Positions 27,958 through 35,581 of a stretch of 46,648 nt of DNA are shown here, in pieces. Under the pieces are notes generated by a model. That model was not told where the DNA came from, made no database searches, and worked only from the letters and a program-made list of their open reading frames with translations. Position 1 is the first letter of the stretch. Each line of letters begins with the position of its first letter. The stretch is from a virus (lineage: Duplodnaviria; Caudoviricetes), in the IMG/VR virus record IMGVR_UViG_3300020045_005985, positions 1 to 46,648 of that record; one strand, 5' to 3'. A program made the translations under genes and the position numbers.

Positions 27958-28068
27958 ATGTACGAAGAAGAAATAGTTGATGTTACTTATGAGGGTAAAG
28001 ATTACATTTGCATAAGATGTAACGGTGGTGGGTGTTCGGTTTGTGACAACGTAGAAGAAGAAGAATAA
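27958..28068 (+). CDS. 36-aa acidic zinc-finger microprotein (not in the ORF track)
   Basis: AAGGA RBS; MYEEEIVDVTYEGKDYICIRCNGGGCSVCDNVEEEE. Confidence 0.65.
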   Translation: MYEEEIVDVTYEGKDYICIRCNGGGCSVCDNVEEEE

Positions 28069-28100
28069 AAACAATACAGGGGACTAAGGACTAAAGAGCA

Positions 28101-28493
28101 ATGAGAGTATTATTAGTATTAAGTTTTGTTTTGTTATCCGTTAACGTCTTGGCCAATTATAAGCAATCTACTAAATCCGTAACAGGGACATATTATAATG
28201 GTGAACTTGATGCGAGTTATGCCGAGTTGACCAAGTTATTTGGTATACCTGATAGCGCAATGATTGACGACAATAAGACTACAATACAATGGGATTTGGA
28301 AAACGCTAAAGGTGACGTTGTAACAGTATACAATTGGACAGAGGATAACAATCAATACAATTGGCATATTGGTTCTTTTGATCTTAAGACGGCAAATGAT
28401 TTTGTTAATTGGTTACAATCTAAAGGTATTAAGGCCAGAGTTTATGTCCCTAAGAGTAAATCACATAACATTAAAGTAAAGGGGTTAAAATGA
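28101..28493 (+). CDS. Secreted hypothetical protein
   Basis: MRVLLVLSFVLLSVNVLA signal peptide; SYAELTKLFGIP..KTTIQW..TVYNW..WHIG domain. Confidence 0.8.
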   Translation: MRVLLVLSFVLLSVNVLANYKQSTKSVTGTYYNGELDASYAELTKLFGIPDSAMIDDNKTTIQWDLENAKGDVVTVYNWTEDNNQYNWHIGSFDLKTANDFVNWLQSKGIKARVYVPKSKSHNIKVKGLK

Positions 28494-28741
28494 TAAATAT
28501 AGCAATTGCATTATTCTTTAACATCAATCCAAATATGGTATTGCATCACTGTAAATACAATGCCGGTAGTTACTTTTGTGAGACATTAACTACCGATAAG
28601 AGAGAACGTAAACTTGACGACGGTAAAGTTTTAAAGGGACATGAGTATATGTTATTAAGAGAGCTTGAGACTGTATTAGAGTTACAAGACGATGGATGTT
28701 TTTTGAATGTTAAGACTAATGAGTTAACTAATTGCCCATAA
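28490..28741 (+). CDS. Hypothetical Cys-containing protein
   Basis: ATGA overlap with the upstream gene. Confidence 0.7.
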   Translation: MINIAIALFFNINPNMVLHHCKYNAGSYFCETLTTDKRERKLDDGKVLKGHEYMLLRELETVLELQDDGCFLNVKTNELTNCP

Positions 28742-28755
28742 TTAAGAGGTGAATA

Positions 28756-29010
28756 ATGAGAGTATTATTAATATTAAGTCTTATCTTGGTTATCTCATGC
28801 GGTAAAGGTGATGAGGCCCCAGCGGCCCCTATAGTATTGCCTAAGATGGTATATTGCGCTCAAGCTGATGGTTACAAAATTTGTGAAGTAAGGCGTGAAA
28901 GTGAAGTAAGCATATTCGATAAGTACACTGATACAGTATTATTTGGCACAATTGAAAACGCTAATAAGATGCTGAAAGAGAAATCACATAATGTGAGACT
29001 TAAAGAATAA
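28756..29010 (+). CDS. Lipoprotein
   Basis: MRVLLILSLILVISC lipobox-type leader; GAGGTG RBS. Confidence 0.75.
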   Translation: MRVLLILSLILVISCGKGDEAPAAPIVLPKMVYCAQADGYKICEVRRESEVSIFDKYTDTVLFGTIENANKMLKEKSHNVRLKE

Positions 29011-29033
29011 GTCAAAATACAGGGGATTTTAAA

Positions 29034-29261
29034 ATGTCTAAGATCAAAATAACAGAGGATATGTATATTAATCTGCGTGAAGAGTATTCAGGTATTTGCT
29101 TATCGTGCTTATCCGTAACATTCGATGGAGTTGAACCGGATGCATGTAACTACGAATGTTTTTCATGCGGTAAACATCAAGTATACGGCATCGAAGAGTT
29201 ATTATTAATAGATAAGATCGAGTTAATTGACGATAAGAATAACATCAACATAAAATATTAA
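29034..29261 (+). CDS. Zinc-ribbon protein
   Basis: GICLSC...VEPDACNYECFSCG..VYG. Confidence 0.8.
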   Translation: MSKIKITEDMYINLREEYSGICLSCLSVTFDGVEPDACNYECFSCGKHQVYGIEELLLIDKIELIDDKNNINIKY

Positions 29262-29271
29262 AGGATAACTT

Positions 29272-29859
29272 ATGCGAGTAAACAGATTGTTGCTTACAAC
29301 GTTACTCAATTATTTCAACGTTGTAAGTAAAGACGTAACACGGCCACAACTAGAATGTGTACACTTGGTTATTAAGGACAATGTGGCCACACTTGAGGCA
29401 ACAAATGGATATGTGGCAATAACATCAAAACATATCGTAGAGGATAACGGTCAAGAATGTAACATTCTAATTAAGAGTAACTCTTTAAAAACTTTAAGCG
29501 TATTCTTATCAGAGCATAAGAGTGAAAACATGTTTTCAATTGAAATCGATCTTGAGAATAATTTTTTAAAAATATTAGTAAATCATTATTCAATTATTTT
29601 AAATCTTTTGAATAGAGATTTCCCAAATTTGCTTACCGTTATGCCTAGCCTAAGAAATGAAGAAGTAAATAACTTCATAATTATAAATCCTGACTTAATT
29701 TATATATTAAGATTGGCCGTTTACGGTAAATCAAAAGTTAATATAATAAAATTCAATTTCCAATTGCCTAAGTCTAAAGATGCGCCAATCAGGATTGACC
29801 ACGAGTATTTGGAGATTAACCATACCATGTTATTGATGCCGATAAGAGGTAACAAATGA
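29272..29859 (+). CDS. Truncated DNA polymerase III beta-clamp-like protein
   Basis: SKDVTRPQLECVHL, ATNGY, DFPNL, C-terminal LLMPIR. Confidence 0.75.
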   Translation: MRVNRLLLTTLLNYFNVVSKDVTRPQLECVHLVIKDNVATLEATNGYVAITSKHIVEDNGQECNILIKSNSLKTLSVFLSEHKSENMFSIEIDLENNFLKILVNHYSIILNLLNRDFPNLLTVMPSLRNEEVNNFIIINPDLIYILRLAVYGKSKVNIIKFNFQLPKSKDAPIRIDHEYLEINHTMLLMPIRGNK

Positions 29860-30089
29860 TTGATGCATTATTGGAAATGAAAAAATATTTGATACAATCG
29901 CATCCAACATTTATGTGTCCAGTAACCAAAGAGATATTGGATATGCATGACAGTGAGATAGTCCATTATGATCTTAACGGTACAATTAAGACGGACATAA
30001 TAAGCAATAATGGGATAAGGATTTTAAAAACCAAGTCTACATGGGCCAGTTTAAAGATGCGGATTGTAACAAATTTTGAGGATGTATAA
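29856..30089 (+). CDS. Hypothetical protein
   Basis: Coupled ORF, GAGGT RBS. Confidence 0.7.
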   Translation: MIDALLEMKKYLIQSHPTFMCPVTKEILDMHDSEIVHYDLNGTIKTDIISNNGIRILKTKSTWASLKMRIVTNFEDV

Positions 30090-30091
30090 AT

Positions 30092-30712
30092 ATGAGCGTT
30101 ATTGCATTTGATATAGAAGAGTTTAAATCCTTGGCCTATTGGTCAAGTTTACGATCGAATAAAGACTATGAGAGTTACATCTCTAAAGGTGTTTATCGGC
30201 TTTATGTTTTAAATCATCAAAACTTTAATATGCGTTATCGGCATCCAGTTAAGGATAACGGCATATTGTCTTATGATGCCTTTTTAAAATTGCCGTCAAG
30301 GGCCGCTATGTATACACCAAGTAAATTGATAAGCATGATAAGCTTATTGGAGTATAACACTTGCGATTATGTAGAGTATACGCTTGAGGACTATAAAATT
30401 CTTAATAAGGTAAATAGTAGACTTTTCCATTTTATTGACGACGAGATGCAAGACCTTAATACTTCCAATAAGACATATAAGGATAAGCTTGAAAGGGTAT
30501 TAAAGTTATTCCACGCCCCTAGTAGTAAAGAGATCAAAGATTTAATTTTAAAAAATACAGGTGTTACCGTAGACGTTATTAAATGTAAGTCAGACTTCTC
30601 TTACAATATACATTATACGAGTACACTTGACGGTGACGAGTGGAGTAAGTTAAGAGAATTCATAAATAATTATAACGGTATATTAAGGCTTGAATTAAAG
30701 CAGAGGCATTAA
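30092..30712 (+). CDS. Hypothetical protein
   Basis: 206-aa ORF in the early operon. Confidence 0.75.
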   Translation: MSVIAFDIEEFKSLAYWSSLRSNKDYESYISKGVYRLYVLNHQNFNMRYRHPVKDNGILSYDAFLKLPSRAAMYTPSKLISMISLLEYNTCDYVEYTLEDYKILNKVNSRLFHFIDDEMQDLNTSNKTYKDKLERVLKLFHAPSSKEIKDLILKNTGVTVDVIKCKSDFSYNIHYTSTLDGDEWSKLREFINNYNGILRLELKQRH

Positions 30713-30714
30713 AA

Positions 30715-31089
30715 ATGATTAATGAAAAGTTAGTTGAGCAAATTTTAGATATTAAATTAACAGATAATTATACTAGATTTAATTGTGGATATGCGCAATT
30801 AAAATCACTTTTGCTATTAGAGCAAGCTTTACCAGATGAGACGCAAAACGAGTCACCTAGTATTTCTGAATTTCTTGGTTTTTGTGAAAAACACAATACA
30901 GGCGAAAAAGAAGTTATTTTTGAGGGATATGTTATTAACAACACTCGTGATGATGCCAGGGTATCCGTAGAGGGTATTGTTTTAAATCAAGATTTATCCA
31001 GCGAAGAGGTAAAGAAAGATTTCATATTAACCTTTAGAGATGCCGATGAGTTTGATATGTCAGACACTTATAGGGCATGGTGGGATTAA
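30715..31089 (+). CDS. Hypothetical acidic protein
   Basis: QNESPS...ADEF...AWWD; GAGG RBS. Confidence 0.75.
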   Translation: MINEKLVEQILDIKLTDNYTRFNCGYAQLKSLLLLEQALPDETQNESPSISEFLGFCEKHNTGEKEVIFEGYVINNTRDDARVSVEGIVLNQDLSSEEVKKDFILTFRDADEFDMSDTYRAWWD

Positions 31090-31253
31090 TGCATACGTTT
31101 AAATATAAAGCCGGATATATTCACGATAATTTTACCGCTGGTATCATTAAAGTACAATATAAGAGGCATATCATAGAGGTCAAAAGCGTAAGGGCCGCAA
31201 AGATGTTAATAACCAAGTTAATGAGAAGAGGCAATCTTGAAAAGAACAAATAA
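31089..31253 (+). CDS. Hypothetical basic 54-aa protein (not in the ORF track)
   Basis: TAATG coupling; MHTFKYKAGYIH...SVRAAKMLITK. Confidence 0.6.
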   Translation: MHTFKYKAGYIHDNFTAGIIKVQYKRHIIEVKSVRAAKMLITKLMRRGNLEKNK

Positions 31254-31467
31254 AGAAGTATTCAAATTTTTGAAAAGGGCATTAGGTAAATATAATCCCA
31301 AGAGTGAACAAATGGCCACAACATGCCTAAAGTATTTTATTAAATATGACTTAACAGACGATCAACTTGAGATGCTTGAGAGTGTTAAACAGGGTCTTAA
31401 CGGTCAATTATGTGATAACTATTATGTCGATCAAGGGCATATCACTATATTTCTAAAGAATTCTTAA
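31237..31467 (+). CDS. Hypothetical protein
   Basis: TTG start with GAGG RBS. Confidence 0.6.
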   Translation: MKRTNKEVFKFLKRALGKYNPKSEQMATTCLKYFIKYDLTDDQLEMLESVKQGLNGQLCDNYYVDQGHITIFLKNS

Positions 31468-31481
31468 ATCTAATTATTTGC

Positions 31482-31510
31482 TTGATTTATTAATTAATTA
31501 ATAATAACCT
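31482..31510 (+). promoter_or_regulatory. Putative middle promoter with a palindromic operator
   Basis: TTGATT-17-TAACCT; 18-bp palindrome ttattaattaattaataa at 31487-31504. Confidence 0.45.
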
Positions 31511-31537
31511 TTTTGCATCAATTTATTTTACAACACT

Positions 31538-31804
31538 TTGGTAACGGTTATGGTAATCAAAAAATCACCTTTTTTCTATCTAAATCTTATAAACCGCAAT
31601 GCCGAGAGTGAAAATACCGAAAACAAAACAAATTCTAAATCATATTTCCCAGCAAAATGCTTATGCGTTAATTGTTCACATATATGGGTAGCTATAGCTC
31701 ACAAAAATAGGGCCACTAAACTGGAATGTCCCGAGTGTGGGGAATTTAAAGGGGCTGCAATTATAAATTATTATGAGATTGATAACAGTTTAAGAGAATT
31801 ATGA
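31538..31804 (+). CDS. Zinc-ribbon protein (start uncertain)
   Basis: CVNC...CPECG. Confidence 0.6.
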   Translation: MVTVMVIKKSPFFYLNLINRNAESENTENKTNSKSYFPAKCLCVNCSHIWVAIAHKNRATKLECPECGEFKGAAIINYYEIDNSLREL

Positions 31805-31901
31805 GTGTGATCGCTTGTGTTTAACTAATTTATCAATGATTGATTGTTGGTTTTTAATGCATCCTATAACGATCGCACTCACCAATAATGAGGGGGTTTT
31901 T

Positions 31902-32027
31902 ATGAATAAGGTATTTATTACAATCACGATTGCAATTCAAATAGTAACCTTGGCTTATGTCACGCAAATTGATAGAAAGTTACATGACGTTACCACTTGG
32001 AACGTCTTAGACGAGAGATTAAAGTAA
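31902..32027 (+). CDS. Small membrane protein (start reassigned to 31902)
   Basis: GAGGGGG RBS; MNKVFITITIAIQIVTLAYV. Confidence 0.6.
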   Translation: MNKVFITITIAIQIVTLAYVTQIDRKLHDVTTWNVLDERLK

Positions 32028-32122
32028 TGCATTTAGCATTTGCTCTAATTGCTTTTTGTCATTTAACTTTAGTGGTTTTTATTTGTTATCTTTATATAAC
32101 GGAGAATAAGCATGAAAACTAG
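32027..32122 (+). CDS. 31-aa membrane peptide (not in the ORF track)
   Basis: TAATG coupling; MHLAFALIAFCHLTLVVFICYLYI. Confidence 0.45.
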   Translation: MHLAFALIAFCHLTLVVFICYLYITENKHEN

Positions 32123-32303
32123 AAAAGACGCATTATTAGAAGTAACCAAGATGATTGAAGCATGTGGCGATTGGCTAACGGACTATAGAGAAGGACATGT
32201 AACTCAAAAAGGAATAATTAAAAAGTTATCTGAGGCAGTTATCGAACAGTTAGAATATAAAGGTTTTGATAAACATGGTTGGGTTGAAAAGGAAGAAGAA
32301 TGA
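32112..32303 (+). CDS. Hypothetical protein
   Basis: GGAG RBS, operon context. Confidence 0.7.
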   Translation: MKTRKDALLEVTKMIEACGDWLTDYREGHVTQKGIIKKLSEAVIEQLEYKGFDKHGWVEKEEE

Positions 32304-32473
32304 CTTGGATATTTTTGATAACGTTTTGCCTTTGGGCAGATGAAGAGAATTTTGTTATTTGTCGTACCCATGAGGGTGATATCTATATTCAGAAGTCTGA
32401 GTTTAACTATTTTCAAGAAGATCCGACAGGACGTGAGTTAGACGAGCAGAGCGATAGACATAGTGGACTTTGA
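32300..32473 (+). CDS. Hypothetical 57-aa protein (not in the ORF track)
   Basis: ATGA coupling; MTWIFLITFCLWADEENF... Confidence 0.55.
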   Translation: MTWIFLITFCLWADEENFVICRTHEGDIYIQKSEFNYFQEDPTGRELDEQSDRHSGL

Positions 32474-32489
32474 AAAAAGGAAAGATAAC

Positions 32490-32690
32490 ATGATGACCGA
32501 CACAAATGCAGATACCGATTATGTTTTAAGATTATTGACGCAAATAAAGCACTTAAAAAACGAACGAGAAGAGTTAGGTAAGGCGTTGCTTGAACTTAAT
32601 GACAGAATTGCAACACTTATGGCAGAGAGATTAAAAATGTTACATACTTTAGATAACATGCACTCAATGTTGTATGAGGATAAAAAATGA
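32490..32690 (+). CDS. Coiled-coil hypothetical protein (start uncertain)
   Basis: Heptad pattern; operon context. Confidence 0.65.
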   Translation: MMTDTNADTDYVLRLLTQIKHLKNEREELGKALLELNDRIATLMAERLKMLHTLDNMHSMLYEDKK

Positions 32691-32878
32691 AAACAATAAC
32701 AATGCCTTTTAAAGATTATCAACAAGAATTAGTCCAATCTCACGAAGACGGATATGCCGAGTGCTATAAGAAGACGCACAAGATAATTCAGGATTTATTA
32801 AACACAATAGACGATAACAAAACAGACCACGAAAGCGAGGCGATTGTCAGGGCTATGGTTTGGATAGACGACGAATGA
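32687..32878 (+). CDS. Hypothetical protein
   Basis: ATGA coupling, GAGG RBS. Confidence 0.7.
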   Translation: MKTITMPFKDYQQELVQSHEDGYAECYKKTHKIIQDLLNTIDDNKTDHESEAIVRAMVWIDDE

Positions 32879-33045
32879 AAGACCTAACTCTACTAATTAC
32901 CGAGCTATTTGAAGAAACGTCTATTATGTGGATACATATATTTATATTCTTGGTTACTCCAATAGTGCTACCGATTTATTTTGTAGCAGCAATAATACGG
33001 TTTGTTTTAACGAGTATAGGGAAGACATATAGGGACGTGTTTTGA
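32875..33045 (+). CDS. Small membrane protein
   Basis: ATGA coupling; long hydrophobic segment. Confidence 0.6.
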   Translation: MKDLTLLITELFEETSIMWIHIFIFLVTPIVLPIYFVAAIIRFVLTSIGKTYRDVF

Positions 33046-33212
33046 AAATCTACAAGCGGAACAATCGTAAGCGCAAGTATCAGTATGTTGTTTTAGATAT
33101 TTATGCCGATATGTTTTTTCTTTATGGAGATATTCCTTGGAGTGAAATACCCTTAGATGAGGATATTAAAATGTTTTATGTATTACTACATGAAGTGAGG
33201 TTACGAAAATGA
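33042..33212 (+). CDS. Hypothetical 56-aa protein (not in the ORF track)
   Basis: TTGA coupling; fills the gap exactly. Confidence 0.5.
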   Translation: MKIYKRNNRKRKYQYVVLDIYADMFFLYGDIPWSEIPLDEDIKMFYVLLHEVRLRK

Positions 33213-33406
33213 GTGATGAAATTATGTACAAACAAAGGTTACTAGCTTTTTTAGAAGATGATGACGGATATGACGATCGATGTGATGAGCGTATATCTAG
33301 GTTGTATTATACTAGTGATGAGAATACGCAATCAATTATAGATGGAATTTTTATCAATTTTTGCGGATACAGTTTAAAAACAATTATAACAGGACAAGAA
33401 GAATGA
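33209..33406 (+). CDS. Hypothetical acidic protein
   Basis: ATGA coupling, GAGG RBS. Confidence 0.7.
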   Translation: MSDEIMYKQRLLAFLEDDDGYDDRCDERISRLYYTSDENTQSIIDGIFINFCGYSLKTIITGQEE

Positions 33407-33870
33407 TTATAATAAAAAGAAATACAGAGTGTGACACAAGAACTTGTGATGTCACAAAAGTAACCAAGGATAAACTATTAGAAAATAGTAAGATCCATAT
33501 TGAGGACGTTAAACAAGGTATGGCATTTTTTGCAGAAGAAATTGTTTATGCCGGTAGCATACATGACCATAGCAAAATTTCACATATAGATCAATTTTAT
33601 GATGATTTTACAAATGGCTTTAAAGAAGGTCATCAAGCTTGGTGGAAAATGCATCAGTTAGCTGAAAAACACCATTTAAAAAACCCTGAATATGTTCAAG
33701 ATGACGTTAATCTGATCGATATACTAGAAATGATTACCGATGGAGTTATGGCAGGTTTGTCACGATCAGGGGAATACCGCAAAGAAGAAATTCCAGATTC
33801 TCTTTTAAGAAAAGCGTTTGATAATACAATTGAATTACTATTGAAAAATGTAGAGGTAAAAAATGAATAG
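33403..33870 (+). CDS. HD-like putative metal-dependent phosphohydrolase (DUF5662-like)
   Basis: HIEDV...HDHSK...HH...NLIDILEMITD. Confidence 0.65.
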   Translation: MIIIKRNTECDTRTCDVTKVTKDKLLENSKIHIEDVKQGMAFFAEEIVYAGSIHDHSKISHIDQFYDDFTNGFKEGHQAWWKMHQLAEKHHLKNPEYVQDDVNLIDILEMITDGVMAGLSRSGEYRKEEIPDSLLRKAFDNTIELLLKNVEVKNE

Positions 33871-34060
33871 AGAAGAACAGAAAGAGTTTTTACGCAAGAC
33901 GTTTAAAATATATAAAGAAAACATTTCAAGTATAACAGCAGACCAAGATAGAGAATGGTTAGCTTATTTTGCAGGCATGGCAATCGGAAAGGTAACGCCA
34001 GAGAGTCACATGACCGAAGAGGCGATTAATGAGCTATTTAGTGAAGGGCTAGCAGAGTGA
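33863..34060 (+). CDS. Hypothetical protein
   Basis: GAGGT RBS. Confidence 0.7.
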   Translation: MNREEQKEFLRKTFKIYKENISSITADQDREWLAYFAGMAIGKVTPESHMTEEAINELFSEGLAE

Positions 34061-34290
34061 AAATAGAATTTATACTGGATACAAACAATGTCATCCTGAC
34101 AGAAAACTTTAGATACATAGGGTTATTTAAGAAAGGACAAAGGGTCGTTATTAAATCGAAAGAATTTGAAGTTATTTGTTGTAATAGGATGACTAAGGAC
34201 AATTTTGAAGTATTTATAAAAGAAAGTGAGAACAAACTTAGTGGTATTGAGATGGGCGAAGTTATATACGACGAATCGGGAGAGTTATGA
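34057..34290 (+). CDS. Hypothetical protein
   Basis: GTGA coupling. Confidence 0.65.
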   Translation: MKIEFILDTNNVILTENFRYIGLFKKGQRVVIKSKEFEVICCNRMTKDNFEVFIKESENKLSGIEMGEVIYDESGEL

Positions 34291-34451
34291 AAGAAAAAAT
34301 CTACATGGTCAAACATAATGGGGATCTACTGCTCTGGACTAATCTGCGTCAGGGATTCCCATTTCCGTGTTGGCATTATATGGCAGAGGATGATTGGTTT
34401 ATCTTTACATATATCGATGAATCATTGTTAGAATACATTGGAGAGTTATAG
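34287..34451 (+). CDS. Hypothetical 54-aa protein ending YIGEL (not in the ORF track)
   Basis: ATGA coupling, GGAG RBS. Confidence 0.6.
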   Translation: MKEKIYMVKHNGDLLLWTNLRQGFPFPCWHYMAEDDWFIFTYIDESLLEYIGEL

Positions 34452-34452
34452 A

Positions 34453-34662
34453 ATGAGCGAATATGCATCATTTAATAGTGTGGTAGATGCGTTTGAAGCA
34501 GATCATAAAAAGAAAGCATTAGAAGTACGTATTATGAAAGAGAAAATGGAAGTAATCAAAGAGTATTGCATTGAACACAAGGAATGGATGTGGGCAGCGC
34601 ACATTTGGAGCATAATTGTGGAGAAAGACTTCAGGGAGATAGATAATGACAAGACCATTTGA
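34453..34662 (+). CDS. Hypothetical protein
   Basis: GGAG RBS; ATG at 34453. Confidence 0.65.
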   Translation: MSEYASFNSVVDAFEADHKKKALEVRIMKEKMEVIKEYCIEHKEWMWAAHIWSIIVEKDFREIDNDKTI

Positions 34663-35041
34663 ATCATTTACAGGCACAACAAATAATTTTATAGATTTAC
34701 TTTTTACGGATCATTACACTCCACAGGAACGTAAGCGTCTTTATCAAAGAGAGTATTTAAGACGAGGACTCTTGGTTTGTAAAGGGAACAGAGATAAAAC
34801 CGCAGAGTATTTAAATATGAGCATTAGATCATTGAGAGATCATTTAAACAAATATCCGGACTTAAAATCTGAATTTCCTATTTACTCAGGTGTACCTCAA
34901 ATGACCTATCAAAAAATGAAAGCTGATTATTTACAGGCAACACCTAATTATTGGCTACCGAGTATGAAATCTAAAGTTAAAAAAGAACTTGAAAGAATTG
35001 CTAAGTCTTGCGGTCACACGTTAGCAGAAGAGGACATATAG
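34646..35041 (+). CDS. Fis/NtrC-type helix-turn-helix protein
   Basis: EYLRRGLLVCKGNRDKTAEYLNMSIRSLRDHLNKY matches the HTH_8 pattern. Confidence 0.75.
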   Translation: MTRPFESFTGTTNNFIDLLFTDHYTPQERKRLYQREYLRRGLLVCKGNRDKTAEYLNMSIRSLRDHLNKYPDLKSEFPIYSGVPQMTYQKMKADYLQATPNYWLPSMKSKVKKELERIAKSCGHTLAEEDI

Positions 35042-35045
35042 GCTT

Positions 35046-35570
35046 ATGGACAATATTTTTCAACAAGCTTTAAAACATACTTTAGAATTTGAAGGGATAT
35101 TCTCCAATGACCAAGACGACAGAGGCGGTAAAACCAAATATGGCATAACGGAGAATGTTGCTAGGGGCTATGGTTATACAGGCGAGATGATGAATTTACC
35201 GTTAGATTTAGTAGAACAAATTTATAAAAAAGACTATTGGAATAAATTGAAATTAGACCAGATATCTATTTACTCGGTTGCTATTGCTCTAAAGGTTTTC
35301 GATATTGCTGTAAATTGTGGAGTACACAGAGCATCAAGGTGGCTACAACAAGCCGTTAACTGCTTATCACATAATACCCCCTTGGTAGTCGATGGTGTCA
35401 TAGGTGACGACACTATTGTAAAAATTAAAACTTTAAGACATCATTTAGATATAATAACGATAGTTAAAATGTTGAACATATACCAAGGACAGCATTATAT
35501 AGATATTTGCAGTAAAAACGAGACACAAAAGAAATTTATTAAAGGTTGGTTTAGACGAATTGAAATATAA
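35046..35570 (+). CDS. Endolysin, glycoside hydrolase family 108 with a PG-binding domain
   Basis: EGIFSNDQDDRGGKTKYGIT, IYKKDYW, FDIAVNCG, DGVIG, FIKGWFRR. Confidence 0.92.
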   Translation: MDNIFQQALKHTLEFEGIFSNDQDDRGGKTKYGITENVARGYGYTGEMMNLPLDLVEQIYKKDYWNKLKLDQISIYSVAIALKVFDIAVNCGVHRASRWLQQAVNCLSHNTPLVVDGVIGDDTIVKIKTLRHHLDIITIVKMLNIYQGQHYIDICSKNETQKKFIKGWFRRIEI

Positions 35571-35581
35571 AGGACAAGAGT

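Noticed and set aside
34270-34455. Shared GEL C-termini of consecutive small genes
   Set aside because: Explained by the overlapping GGAGAGTT ribosome-binding site of the next gene.
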